Source: Bacillota bacterium
GTDB lineage: Bacteria; Bacillota; Peptococcia; Peptococcales; BICA1-8
NCBI GenBank assembly: GCA_049323895.1
Contig: JBMOKT010000008.1
Span: forward strand, 250,243 to 314,242
Length of the DNA stretch: 64,000 nt
Reading direction: 5' to 3'
Shown: positions 9,034-18,640 of the stretch, piece after piece
How the letters are laid out: each line of letters starts with the position of its first letter
How positions within the stretch are numbered: position 1 is the stretch's first letter
Notes under the pieces: model-generated
Database searches by the model: none
What the model was told of the DNA's origin: nothing
What the model saw: only the letters and a program-made list of their open reading frames with translations
Position numbers and translations under genes: made by a program

Positions 9034-10563
9034 ATGCAGAAAATCATTAGAATTCTCCCTGCCCTATTGTTGATCCTTTCCTTTATTTTATTCCCGGCAA
9101 ATGTTTTAGCAGGGGAAGAAAAAATCAGCTTTATGTATCTCCATGGCGGGAAAACACAGGACTATATAAACCAGTTCCAGTTAGCAAAAGGGTCTGTTGA
9201 TATCATTAGTCCCAATTATTTTGAACTAGATAATCAGGGAAATTTAGTTATTAATGCAGACAATATATTAACAAATTATATGCATGGGCAAAAGGTAAAG
9301 GTTGTTCCTTACCTGAGCAACCACTGGAACAGAGAGATTGCCCAGACCGCCCTTAAAAACCCCGAAAAATTGGCCCATGATTTGGCAGTGGCAGCTGATA
9401 TCTATAATGTAGACGGGATAAACATCGATTTGGAAAACCTGACATACGAAGACAGAGCCCAGCTCACTAAATTTGCAGGTCTCCTTAAAAACAAGCTGGC
9501 ACCAAAAGGGCGCACTGTTTCCATTGCAGTAGCTGCTGTGGAAAAACCCATGACGACAGGCTGGTCTGCAGCCTATGACTTGGCTAACCTAAGTAAGGTT
9601 GTAGACTATATTATTGTAATGGCCTATGACCAACACTCTAAGGAAAGCGCTCCCGGACCTGTTGCCGGCCTGGATTGGGTTAAGAGGCAGCTAGATTATA
9701 TGACAACCCTGGTTCCTAAAAACAAACTGGTTTTAGGCGTCCCTTTTTATGGCAGAGTTTGGACTAATGGACAAAATGGCGGAGGAATCTGGTACAATGA
9801 CAGCATAAAAGCCATCAAGGAAAATAAAGCTGTTGCCCAATGGCACAACCAGTACCAAGTTCCCTATGCAAAATACACTAAACCCGATGGAAGTACTAAG
9901 GAAATATGGTTTGAAAATGCCAGAAGCCTTGAAGAAAAAATTAAATTAGTGGAAAGTTATGGTCTGAAAGGTGTGGCAGCCTGGAGGCTGGGACAGGAAG
10001 ACCCAAGCATCTGGAAAGGATTCAGCACCTTGTTAAAAGGGAAATACTTCAGGGATATACGGGGTCACTGGGCAGAAAATGATATCTCTTACCTCAGCAG
10101 CCGCAGTTTAATCAGCGGCCGGGATACATACAATTATGCCCCTGACGCCGGTGTCACCCGAGGGGAAGCTGTAGCTATCCTTTCCCGTATTTTCAACTGG
10201 TCCAGTGCCCCTAAGAACCCCTTTAGCGATGTTCCAAATAACCACTGGGCAAAGGAACCCATCCTTAAAGCTTATAACCATTCCATTATCCATGGCGTCA
10301 GCAGTAATAAATTTGGTCCCGAGCAAAGACTGACCAGGGCCCAACTGGCGGTTATTTTGCAAAGGGCTTTCCGGATAGAAGAAACTAACAATCAAAACAA
10401 AAATAAATTCCAGGATGTTCCCCAAAACCACTGGGCAGCCAAGGAAATATATATTTTAAGCAATAAAGGCTTCATCGCCGGGCAAAGTGCTAAAAAATTT
10501 GCCCCTGACATTTATGTTACCAGGGCTGAGTTAGCTGCAATGATAGCAAGGATGATAAAATAA
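9034..10563 (+). CDS. secreted glycoside hydrolase family 18 (chitinase / spore-peptidoglycan-hydrolase-like) with three C-terminal SLH domains
   Basis: Start at MQKIIRILPALLL.. (signal peptide, AGGAGG SD) rather than the ORF-track start at 8977. GH18 catalytic DGINIDLE motif. Three SLH repeats (F[RSQ]D[IV]..HWA..). Confidence 0.85.
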   Translation: MQKIIRILPALLLILSFILFPANVLAGEEKISFMYLHGGKTQDYINQFQLAKGSVDIISPNYFELDNQGNLVINADNILTNYMHGQKVKVVPYLSNHWNREIAQTALKNPEKLAHDLAVAADIYNVDGINIDLENLTYEDRAQLTKFAGLLKNKLAPKGRTVSIAVAAVEKPMTTGWSAAYDLANLSKVVDYIIVMAYDQHSKESAPGPVAGLDWVKRQLDYMTTLVPKNKLVLGVPFYGRVWTNGQNGGGIWYNDSIKAIKENKAVAQWHNQYQVPYAKYTKPDGSTKEIWFENARSLEEKIKLVESYGLKGVAAWRLGQEDPSIWKGFSTLLKGKYFRDIRGHWAENDISYLSSRSLISGRDTYNYAPDAGVTRGEAVAILSRIFNWSSAPKNPFSDVPNNHWAKEPILKAYNHSIIHGVSSNKFGPEQRLTRAQLAVILQRAFRIEETNNQNKNKFQDVPQNHWAAKEIYILSNKGFIAGQSAKKFAPDIYVTRAELAAMIARMIK

Positions 10564-10596
10564 GGGAATGACTTTTAAGTCATTCCCTTATTTTAT
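10561..10596 (+). terminator. intrinsic terminator of the GH18-SLH gene
   Basis: AAGGGAATGAC-TTTTAA-GTCATTCCCTT followed by ATTTTAT. Confidence 0.75.
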
Positions 10597-10607
10597 CATC
10601 CCCAGGC

Positions 10608-10865
10608 AAAGGTAAGCTATTAGGTCATTCTGCATGACAGGTAAAGGTTGAGAAAAAAATTAGTAGGGAACAACCCCAGTGTCGTTCCGTAAACTCTTGG
10701 CATCTGCTTAAGAGATAGTTTTTAGGGATGCATCTTGCAGTATAACTTATGAGCAGATGCATCCCTGTAAATTGCCTTTCATCGGATGCTAGCAGCTTTA
10801 GGTTAACCCTAACCTCAACCTTTACCTTTACCTGTCATACTGAATTGCTCCAAAGCTTACCTGAC
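10608..10865. repeat. MITE-like mosaic island H with ~23-bp terminal inverted repeats and an internal 12-bp hairpin
   Basis: The left arm tctgcatgacaggtaaaggttgag (10630-10653) is the reverse complement of the right arm ctcaaccttta(ccttta)cctgtcat (10814-10838). Outer words aaaggtaagct (10608-10618) and agcttacct (10854-10862). Internal agggatgcatct..agatgcatccct. The left end aaaggtaagctattaggt is identical to 56709-56726. Confidence 0.7.
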
Positions 10866-10881
10866 CCATAGTATATCCCAT

Positions 10882-10919
10882 GAGCTTAAATCAGGTCACT
10901 TGTGACCTGATTTAAGCTC
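10882..10919 (-). terminator. stem-loop overlapping the stop codon of the ABC-2 permease gene
   Basis: gagcttaaatcaggtcac-ttgt-gacctgatttaagctc forms a long perfect stem. There is no clear U-tract, so a terminator role is uncertain. Confidence 0.4.
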
Positions 10920-11916
10920 TGCTTTCATACTTCTTAATTCCCCAATAGGCTAGTACTAAAAATACTAAATTAATTGTCATATTCCAGCCAAATATGGGCA
11001 GCAGTTCCCCCCATGTGCCTGATTCCCAAAATATGCTGCGGTAGCCGGCAAAGGTCCAATAGGTAGGTACCCAATACAGGAAGTATTCCTTGCTTCTGGG
11101 TATAAAAACAGTTATCAAAGGAATAACAATAAAAAACATGCTTCCTATTTTAGTATTTGCCAGGGCTGTTAGTTGGTTATTGCTAATGGCACCTATCATA
11201 ATGCCGAATAATGTGCTTAAAAAAACTCCTCCTAAGGTTATCAGCAGCAACTGCAGCCAGTTGACTTCAATACCCAGGATTAAGATTATTAATACCACCA
11301 TTATAAAGGCAATTCCCATCCCCAATAGAGTTTTACCCATTAGATATTCAACATTGGTCAGAGGAGTGACATAAAGGGCCTGACGGGTCTTAAACTCTTT
11401 TTCCTCGGTTAAAGCAAACCCGGTCAGCATACCCCCTATCATTAAAGGAAAAATGCACAATAATATGGCAGTCATCATATAAACCGGCTGTTTAGGTTTG
11501 TTTAGGTTTATCTGCCCAACCTGGGCTCCCTCCAAAGATCCCGATAGCTTATTTGTCACAGCACCGGCTAATTCAAGTACAGCCTTATCTTCATTACCCT
11601 CTGCAATAATAGTAAAGGATTTCCCTTCCTGTTTTTCCGCAATAATCCCTACCGCATCATCCCACCTTAAGACACGCTCCTTCATTTCCTCTGAAGTATC
11701 TACATATTCTACCTGGGCTAACTCCTGGATTGGCGACATGCTGTTCTTATCTTGTTCCAGAAGTACTACATCAAAAGAATTGGCTGAAAGTACCGGAAGA
11801 AAAAAACGCATCAAGAGAGCAAGAATTAATGGGGCTAAGAGGGCATAAAGAAAAATATTGTCTCGTAAACCATTTCGAAAGTCCTTACCGATTAAAACAG
11901 CTATTCTATTAAACAT
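10912..11916 (-). CDS. ABC-2 type exporter permease
   Basis: 334 aa. One N-terminal TM helix, a large loop, then a C-terminal cluster of 5 TM helices. Last gene of the marR-ATPase-permease-permease operon. Confidence 0.7.
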   Translation of the reverse strand: MFNRIAVLIGKDFRNGLRDNIFLYALLAPLILALLMRFFLPVLSANSFDVVLLEQDKNSMSPIQELAQVEYVDTSEEMKERVLRWDDAVGIIAEKQEGKSFTIIAEGNEDKAVLELAGAVTNKLSGSLEGAQVGQINLNKPKQPVYMMTAILLCIFPLMIGGMLTGFALTEEKEFKTRQALYVTPLTNVEYLMGKTLLGMGIAFIMVVLIILILGIEVNWLQLLLITLGGVFLSTLFGIMIGAISNNQLTALANTKIGSMFFIVIPLITVFIPRSKEYFLYWVPTYWTFAGYRSIFWESGTWGELLPIFGWNMTINLVFLVLAYWGIKKYESRA

Positions 11917-11928
11917 TTTCCTTCCCCC

Positions 11929-12966
11929 TTAATTCCATAATTTCTGCTGACTGAAACGCATCTTAGCTAAATAAAAGAGAATAACATCGTATATTACAAA
12001 GGTAACTATTCCTTTAACAACTACTTCTTCCTGACCTAAGGAGAAGGCTGCCTGACGCAAACCAAAAATAAGGTCATAGGTAGGTAGCCATGTTATAAAA
12101 TCAGGTGAAAAACTGGGAAAGATGTAGCTGGCAGTGGGCAGGGTAAATACACCCAAGACCAAGACTGCCGGAAACAAAAACTGGGACAGGTTGGAAAAAT
12201 AGCTGGCTACAATCAAACCCAACAGGCTGGTAAAGCAACTGCCCAAGACAACTAACACAAGAAGCTGTAAATAGTCTGGCTGCAATCCTAGTGTCGGTAA
12301 TGCCAGCAATAGGGTAAAAAACACCGCTAATACTGCCATCATCACCACCTTTGCCAATAGATATTGTCCTATTTTCGAAGGTGTTACCAAAAAGGCTTTC
12401 AAGGTCCCCTCGTCCTTTTCAATAAAAATTAGAGCTGCAATGAAAAACATCCCTATCATGAACACTTCGCTAAATAAAAACATTGGTACTAAAAATTTGT
12501 TAAAGGGAGGTTTAATATACCCTTGCATACCAATTTTTTCAATTGCATAGGCATTATCCATCTGCAAGTAGTTTTTGGCAAGATAATCCTCAATGGTGAC
12601 AACCATTAAATTCTTTAATTTGGGGTCTTCCCAGCCCTGAAAAAGATATTGAATCTGCGGGGCTTTCTCCCCTTTTTGGGCAACTAACCCCCAGGCATAA
12701 TTCTCATCCTGCAGTTTTTGCTTTACCTGCTCATCGCTGTCTAATTTAAATTTACTCCCTTTAAAATCCGCCAGTGCCTTATCGAGTACATCTGCTCCCG
12801 ACTCATCTGCATAATATATCACAGGATCCATCACTAACTCTTCGGGAATGGCAAAAAAGATTGTTAGTATATAGATGACCGCCAGCAGTAAGAGGATGGA
12901 GAAAAAGTGGTTTCGCAATCCTATTTTAATTTCCCTCGCTGTTAAGGTACTTAAATTAGCAAACAT
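11929..12966 (-). CDS. ABC-2 type exporter permease
   Basis: 345 aa with the same architecture as its neighbour. Its start abuts the stop of the ATPase gene. Confidence 0.7.
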   Translation of the reverse strand: MFANLSTLTAREIKIGLRNHFFSILLLLAVIYILTIFFAIPEELVMDPVIYYADESGADVLDKALADFKGSKFKLDSDEQVKQKLQDENYAWGLVAQKGEKAPQIQYLFQGWEDPKLKNLMVVTIEDYLAKNYLQMDNAYAIEKIGMQGYIKPPFNKFLVPMFLFSEVFMIGMFFIAALIFIEKDEGTLKAFLVTPSKIGQYLLAKVVMMAVLAVFFTLLLALPTLGLQPDYLQLLVLVVLGSCFTSLLGLIVASYFSNLSQFLFPAVLVLGVFTLPTASYIFPSFSPDFITWLPTYDLIFGLRQAAFSLGQEEVVVKGIVTFVIYDVILFYLAKMRFSQQKLWN

Positions 12967-13817
12967 TATTTAAGCCCCCTCCCCGTCAGCTTGACAAAGA
13001 TTTCTTCCAGGGTGGCTTCCTGGGAATGGATTGTTTCTACATCCTTTTCAGCTATCAGCCTTTGCAGCTTTAGCTTATCCTCTGCTAAATCTAATGACAG
13101 GGTTTCTTTTTGCAGACCTTGGGAATTCCGGTATTCTACCTTAACCAGATGCTTGCCGAATTTAATTTTTAAACTGCGGGGAGTATCCAAAGCCACAATT
13201 TTGCCTTGATGAATAAAAGCAACTCTGTCACACAATTCTTCTGCCACAAACATATTATGGGTTGTGAGGAAAATGGTAACTCCCTGTTCCCGTTGTTCCT
13301 TTATCAATTCCTTCATATCCAGAGCGCTCTCGGGATCCAAACCTGAAAGAGGTTCATCTAAAAACCAGATTTTTGGTTTATTTATAAGTGACCTGGCTAA
13401 CATAAGCCTCTGCTGCATCCCTTTAGAATAAGCAGCGGTTTTTTTATTTTCCGCACCTACAAGATTTACCCTTTTTAATAATTCCATGGGTGCATAAGTA
13501 GGTACCCCATAGAGCTTAGATTGATAGACCAGATTTTCCAGCCCTGTCAGTTTCTTGTAAAGGTTTGGTTGTTCAAAGCAAACACCTATCAGGTTAAAAA
13601 GGTTATTATCCAGTTTCTCCAAATCGAATCCTCCTACACTAACCTTTCCTTCCTGTAGTTTCAAAAGCCCGATTAGTATCTTTTGGGTAGTACTTTTGCC
13701 GGCACCATTAGGACCAAGAAAACCAAAAATTTCCCCCTTTGAAATATCAAAGCTGACATCATCTACTGCATATACCTGGCCATCATAGGTGTGTTTTAAA
13801 TTATTAACTGAAATCAT
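12966..13817 (-). CDS. ABC transporter ATP-binding protein
   Basis: Walker A GPNGAGKST, signature YSKGMQQRL, Walker B IWFLDEP. Start taken at MISVNN (AAGGAGG SD) rather than 13847. Confidence 0.9.
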   Translation of the reverse strand: MISVNNLKHTYDGQVYAVDDVSFDISKGEIFGFLGPNGAGKSTTQKILIGLLKLQEGKVSVGGFDLEKLDNNLFNLIGVCFEQPNLYKKLTGLENLVYQSKLYGVPTYAPMELLKRVNLVGAENKKTAAYSKGMQQRLMLARSLINKPKIWFLDEPLSGLDPESALDMKELIKEQREQGVTIFLTTHNMFVAEELCDRVAFIHQGKIVALDTPRSLKIKFGKHLVKVEYRNSQGLQKETLSLDLAEDKLKLQRLIAEKDVETIHSQEATLEEIFVKLTGRGLK

Positions 13818-13933
13818 CTTACCTTCCTCCTTAAAATTCTTTTGCAAAATTATTCGTATTAATAATTATTCTTCATTCGTAATATTTATCCAAAGAAAAA
13901 GTGCATTATATCTGCACATTAAAGTCAAATAAG

Positions 13934-14380
13934 TTATGCCTGGGTTATTTTAAGAAAAATCTTTTTCAGGAATTCCATTTCCTCCTCTGTCAGATTAGCA
14001 GTTACTTTAGCCACCAGGTGTTTCATCATTGATTCAAGTTTAATCATTGTTCCTTGGGCTAAATCTTTACCCTTTTGACTTAAACTAACCATTACAACCC
14101 TGCGGTCTTCCTTACTTCTTAATCTTTCAACCAAATTTTTCTGCTCCAAACGATCAACAATAGAGGTAGTGGTACTAAAGGGTAAATTGAGCCTCTTGGA
14201 AATATCACTGACTTTAAGTTCCTTTTCCCTTAATAAAATCAGTAAGATAAAGATTTCTGTCTTGGAAAGGGTCATATCCACTTCCAACCAGTCAATGGGG
14301 TTATATAAGTTTCCTGTATTAGTCAACAAATAATCCATATATTTTTCAAAGAATTGCTTTTCTATTAATACCACCTCCAA
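13934..14380 (-). CDS. MarR-family transcriptional regulator
   Basis: 148 aa with a winged-helix block (KVSDISKRLNLPFSTTTSIVDRLEQKNLVERLRSKEDRRVV). First gene of the exporter operon. Confidence 0.8.
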   Translation of the reverse strand: MEVVLIEKQFFEKYMDYLLTNTGNLYNPIDWLEVDMTLSKTEIFILLILLREKELKVSDISKRLNLPFSTTTSIVDRLEQKNLVERLRSKEDRRVVMVSLSQKGKDLAQGTMIKLESMMKHLVAKVTANLTEEEMEFLKKIFLKITQA

Positions 14381-14524
14381 ATTATTCGCACTTCGTATTA
14401 TTTACATCTAGGATAAAACATATACCAGAGAAAATCAAGGTATTTTTATATATTAGGAATAATTTACCTACAAAAGTAAAAAATACAGTATACCCTAAAT
14501 TTAAATATGAAAGGATGACCTCGG

Positions 14525-15340
14525 GTGGAATCAATATTCAATGCCTATGTAGTTGCCAAAGAAATTAACCTCAACAGTCTTGCCGGGCATTTTGGGGTAA
14601 ATAAAAAATTCCGCTGGGAGGATCCTTTAATCTTAAAGGGTACAAATTTGACAGGTATCATCAATGATTGGGAAAACAAACTTATCTATGTTTTTTATTT
14701 TGGCAGTATTGTCTTTATTAACTTTTCCCACCACGAAGCAATGGATGTTTTGAATTATTTAAATAAGACCGTGAAAAATATCAATTCAATCCATCCCCAC
14801 AGCTTTCAGGATGATTTTAAACTGGTAATAGATCCAAGGGGAGATTCCAGTATCAATTATGAAGATATGGTCGCCAATGAATTCCAGGACTATTATCTTG
14901 AAATCATCTCCACTATTTTGGCTAAATCTGTTGCCTTAGAGAAAATTGAGAGTGAAATGGATAAGCTTTTTGATGATGTTGAATACATAGTAGATTTATT
15001 AGACAGGGGAAGATTTAATGTATCTGATCAGCGGCTTGCTAAAACTGCCTCAAAAATTTTACGCTATAAGTTTAACAGCATTTCCTACATATTACTTTTA
15101 GATAAACCTGATATTACCTGGGTTAATGAGCAGGCAGGCACCCTTTATACTGAACTGAGCACACTGTTTGAATTGGATGAACGCTTTACAGTAGTCCAGC
15201 AAAAATCCGAAACCCTGATGGATGTCACCCAGTCCTTTACCAGCTTGACCCACGCCACCCGGGGGACCAGGTTGGAGTGGATGATAATTATTCTGATTGC
15301 TTTTGATATAGTGCTCTCCCTGCTCGAAAAAATATTTTAA
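14525..15340 (+). CDS. RMD1/DUF155-family protein with a C-terminal TM helix
   Basis: 271 aa. The overall pattern and the C-terminal LEWMIIILIAFDIVLSLLE helix resemble bacterial DUF155 proteins. Called from memory of the family only. Confidence 0.5.
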   Translation: MESIFNAYVVAKEINLNSLAGHFGVNKKFRWEDPLILKGTNLTGIINDWENKLIYVFYFGSIVFINFSHHEAMDVLNYLNKTVKNINSIHPHSFQDDFKLVIDPRGDSSINYEDMVANEFQDYYLEIISTILAKSVALEKIESEMDKLFDDVEYIVDLLDRGRFNVSDQRLAKTASKILRYKFNSISYILLLDKPDITWVNEQAGTLYTELSTLFELDERFTVVQQKSETLMDVTQSFTSLTHATRGTRLEWMIIILIAFDIVLSLLEKIF

Positions 15341-15381
15341 CCCGCCAGGCTGCGGTAAGTGCCAGTGATAGTTGCTCTTCT

Positions 15382-16644
15382 CTATTTACCAACCTCTCTG
15401 ATAAGGTTGTTTTTATCATCAAATCTAATTTCTTGGGCCTGTTCAACTATTTCCAGGTTTTGATTCTCCCGTATCTCATCTAACAGACTTTCCGAACAAT
15501 ACATTTCATCTAAAAATAAAGTATTTTTAATAATTGCTATTTTTGCCTTGGTAATATCCTTAAGGTGTAAGGTCTTAAGGCTAGTTTCCATAATCTCTTT
15601 ATGGGAATTTAAAATAACAGGAATCATACCCCTCTGCACAAAACCTGTAGTAAGGCAGTTTAAATAGGTTGTATGGTAATCAATTTTATCAAAAAGCCTT
15701 TTTGTAATAAAATCAGCCAAACCTATGCCGTTGGCATTGCCATAGGAGGCATCAGTTAAATCCAAAACTGCAATCCGTTTATATACTGGTTTTTCGGGCT
15801 CGGGTACTCCCTGGATACGCCATCTTCCAATAACATTTGTATCCATACCTGTACCGCTGTAATTTTTACCCATTGCTTCTATCACTAATAAATCCAGGTT
15901 ATCAAAAGGGATTTTAGGCATTAATTCTTTAGCATATTGCAGCAGGTCAATTTCAGCATCCTCAAATTCTCCGGGCAGAAGACCTTTTAGCAATGCTGTT
16001 TCTTCATAACCGTTTTCTACTATGGCTATACCGGCTAGGACTTTGGTTTCCTGCCTTACTACCCGCGACAACTCTAAAATAATTTCGCCTATTACATCAG
16101 GACCTTGTGAATGTATTGCCTCAGCACCTGGTGCTCGGCCTAAACCAATGCCCAGCATTTTTAGAAGCCCAGACTCCCTTGGAGCCCGAAAGGCAGTATG
16201 GGGCTTAATACGGTTAATAACAATAATCCCATCTGCCTGAGCGGCCTCTTTGGCACAATATACAGGTATCTGGTGGGTAGGAGTTGAACCTAGTAATACT
16301 ACCTCCGCTGAAGCAAGGACAGGGCAGCCCATTGATTCCTGGGTTACTCCCAGATGGGCCAGGATTTCTCTCTGCCCCTCTCCCGTTCCGCCCCCATGGC
16401 TGCCCATAGCTGAAACAATAACGGGATTGCCACCTTTTTCCTTGATAAATTCCACTACAGCGACATAAATTTTGTCTATGCCGTTAATACCCCGGCTTCC
16501 TCCTGTAATGGCAATAGTCTTATTTTGCAACTTATCCGCCAGGCTTAATTTCTCTAATTCTTCTTTTACTGCCTGCAATACTTTCTCCAGTCGGGGTCTG
16601 GGCAAATGCTGTTTTATCTTCAGCATTTTTGGCAAACCATGCAA
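15382..16644 (-). CDS. LarA-like (DUF2088-type) protein of unknown specificity
   Basis: 420 aa. Blocks ITGGSRG, SAMGSHGGG and ADGIIVINRIKPHTAF..G..K line up loosely with LarA blocks but lack its canonical residues. TTG start directly after the TRAP permease stop (TAATTG). Confidence 0.35.
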   Translation of the reverse strand: MHGLPKMLKIKQHLPRPRLEKVLQAVKEELEKLSLADKLQNKTIAITGGSRGINGIDKIYVAVVEFIKEKGGNPVIVSAMGSHGGGTGEGQREILAHLGVTQESMGCPVLASAEVVLLGSTPTHQIPVYCAKEAAQADGIIVINRIKPHTAFRAPRESGLLKMLGIGLGRAPGAEAIHSQGPDVIGEIILELSRVVRQETKVLAGIAIVENGYEETALLKGLLPGEFEDAEIDLLQYAKELMPKIPFDNLDLLVIEAMGKNYSGTGMDTNVIGRWRIQGVPEPEKPVYKRIAVLDLTDASYGNANGIGLADFITKRLFDKIDYHTTYLNCLTTGFVQRGMIPVILNSHKEIMETSLKTLHLKDITKAKIAIIKNTLFLDEMYCSESLLDEIRENQNLEIVEQAQEIRFDDKNNLIREVGK

Positions 16645-18570
16645 TTAAATCACCTCGGTCAAGTTTTTAGCTTTTTTCCTAGCTGATATATTGTGGAAAA
16701 TAAAGGCTGCACCCACAATGATTAGTCCCGGAAGGTCGGTATATAAACCGGGCTTAATTAAAAGCAGTGCCCCAGCAAAAAAAACAAAACGTTCAAAGTA
16801 GCTCAATTTTTTTGCATAGTAGTTCTCCGCAGCGATAGCTAGGCTGAATACCCCTATTATACCAGTTATAAAGGCTAATCCAGCCTTAAAAAGGGTAAAA
16901 TTTTGCATCAGCAATATGGGACTGTAAACAAAAATAAAGGGAATCAAGAACCCGGCCAGGGTCAATTTTAACCCTTGCCAACCGGTCTTCATGGGGTCAT
17001 CACCTGCTATAGCAGCAGCAGTATATGAAGCTAAAGCCACCGGCGGAGTAACATTGGACAAGGCGCCGAACCAGAAAACAAAGAAATGGGCTGCCAAGGG
17101 AAGGACACCTGCTTTTACCAAGGCCGGTGCAGCGGTTACTGCCACAACTATATATAATGCCGTTGATGGAAGTCCCATGCTGAGGAAAATGCAGGCAAAC
17201 ATTACTAAAACTAAGGCAAAGAAAATAGTTCCGCCGGAAATTTTAATAATATTGTGGGCGATAACAGAACCTACTCCCGTCATGCCGGCAACCCCGACAA
17301 TAAAACCGCAGGCAGCGCATGCCATGCCTACAATGAGGGCACCCCGAGCCCCATCTTCCATAGCCTTCAGGGCTTCCTTGACCCCAATCCGATTGGCACC
17401 TTTAGCCACCCAGCTGGCAATAATTGTAGAGATAATACCTGCGAAACCGGCAAATAGAGGTGTTTTCCCGGCAATCAGTGTGTAAATAATAACTAAAATG
17501 GGTAATACCAATACACCTTGTTTACGGAGAACATCCTTTAATGTAGGCAGCTGGTCGGCAGGCAAACCCTTTAATCCCAGCTTCTTTGCTTCGATGTCTA
17601 CCATGATAATTATGCCAGCATAATAGAGAAGTGACGGCAGTATAGCCGCTGCCATTATTGTTAAATAAGGAACACCTAAAAATGAGGACATGATAAAGGC
17701 CGCTGCACCCATAATAGGAGGCATAATCATACCACCCGTAGAAGCTGCAGCTTCTACCGCTCCAGCAAAATAAGGCTTGTAACCAATTCTTTTCATAAGG
17801 GGAATGGTAAAGGTTCCCGTAGTAGCCACATTAGCAACAGCACTTCCACTTAAAGTCCCCATCATTGCTGAAGAAAGAACAGCTACCTGGGCGGGACCCC
17901 CTCTTTTTTTCCCGGCAATAGCTAAGGCCAAGTCATTAAAGAAATTGGCAGCGCCGCTGACATTCAGAAATGCACCAAACAAAATAAAGATAAAAATATA
18001 AGTGGCAGATACAGTTAAGGTTATACCAAAAATCCCCTCATAAGTTAAATACATTCTGTATAAAATCCTCTCCCAGCTTAATCCGGCATGACCGAAAAGA
18101 CCGGGGAAATATGGACCATACTTTGCATAAAGGAGAAATATTATTGATAGTATGGGAATAAGGGGTCCAATTGCCCTGCGGGCAGCTACTAGTACCATTA
18201 CAATTGCTAAAATAGCAAAGAAGAAATCCCTGCCGTTGGCAATAGAGTTACGAACAAGGTGGAGGTCATTATAAAAGAAGACTATATATAGCCCCACCAC
18301 AGCCCCTAGGGAAGCTAAAAAAATATCCCACCAGGTAAAACGGTCTGTTGGTGATTTTTTGCTGGCAGGAAATAATAGGAAAGTTAATACCAAGAGAAAA
18401 CCCAAATGAACTGCATTTTTGAATACTCCTGGTATCACACCGAAGCTGTTGTACCAGATTTCAAAGAGAGAAAAAGCAATTAGCAGTACCGTTACAACCT
18501 TCCCCTGAACACCTGTTAAGTTTCTAGCAATTAGGACACTTTCTTTATCTTTTATCTTAGGTGTTGACAT
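16645..18570 (-). CDS. TRAP transporter fused permease (TAXI-associated 4TM/12TM type)
   Basis: 641 aa, highly hydrophobic throughout. Adjacent to a TAXI solute receptor. Confidence 0.8.
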   Translation of the reverse strand: MSTPKIKDKESVLIARNLTGVQGKVVTVLLIAFSLFEIWYNSFGVIPGVFKNAVHLGFLLVLTFLLFPASKKSPTDRFTWWDIFLASLGAVVGLYIVFFYNDLHLVRNSIANGRDFFFAILAIVMVLVAARRAIGPLIPILSIIFLLYAKYGPYFPGLFGHAGLSWERILYRMYLTYEGIFGITLTVSATYIFIFILFGAFLNVSGAANFFNDLALAIAGKKRGGPAQVAVLSSAMMGTLSGSAVANVATTGTFTIPLMKRIGYKPYFAGAVEAAASTGGMIMPPIMGAAAFIMSSFLGVPYLTIMAAAILPSLLYYAGIIIMVDIEAKKLGLKGLPADQLPTLKDVLRKQGVLVLPILVIIYTLIAGKTPLFAGFAGIISTIIASWVAKGANRIGVKEALKAMEDGARGALIVGMACAACGFIVGVAGMTGVGSVIAHNIIKISGGTIFFALVLVMFACIFLSMGLPSTALYIVVAVTAAPALVKAGVLPLAAHFFVFWFGALSNVTPPVALASYTAAAIAGDDPMKTGWQGLKLTLAGFLIPFIFVYSPILLMQNFTLFKAGLAFITGIIGVFSLAIAAENYYAKKLSYFERFVFFAGALLLIKPGLYTDLPGLIIVGAAFIFHNISARKKAKNLTEVI

Positions 18571-18640
18571 ACATAATTATCCTCCTTCAAGGTTTGAGAT
18601 AAAGAGGTAGTCCCAGAGGACTACCCCGTAAAATTACTGC

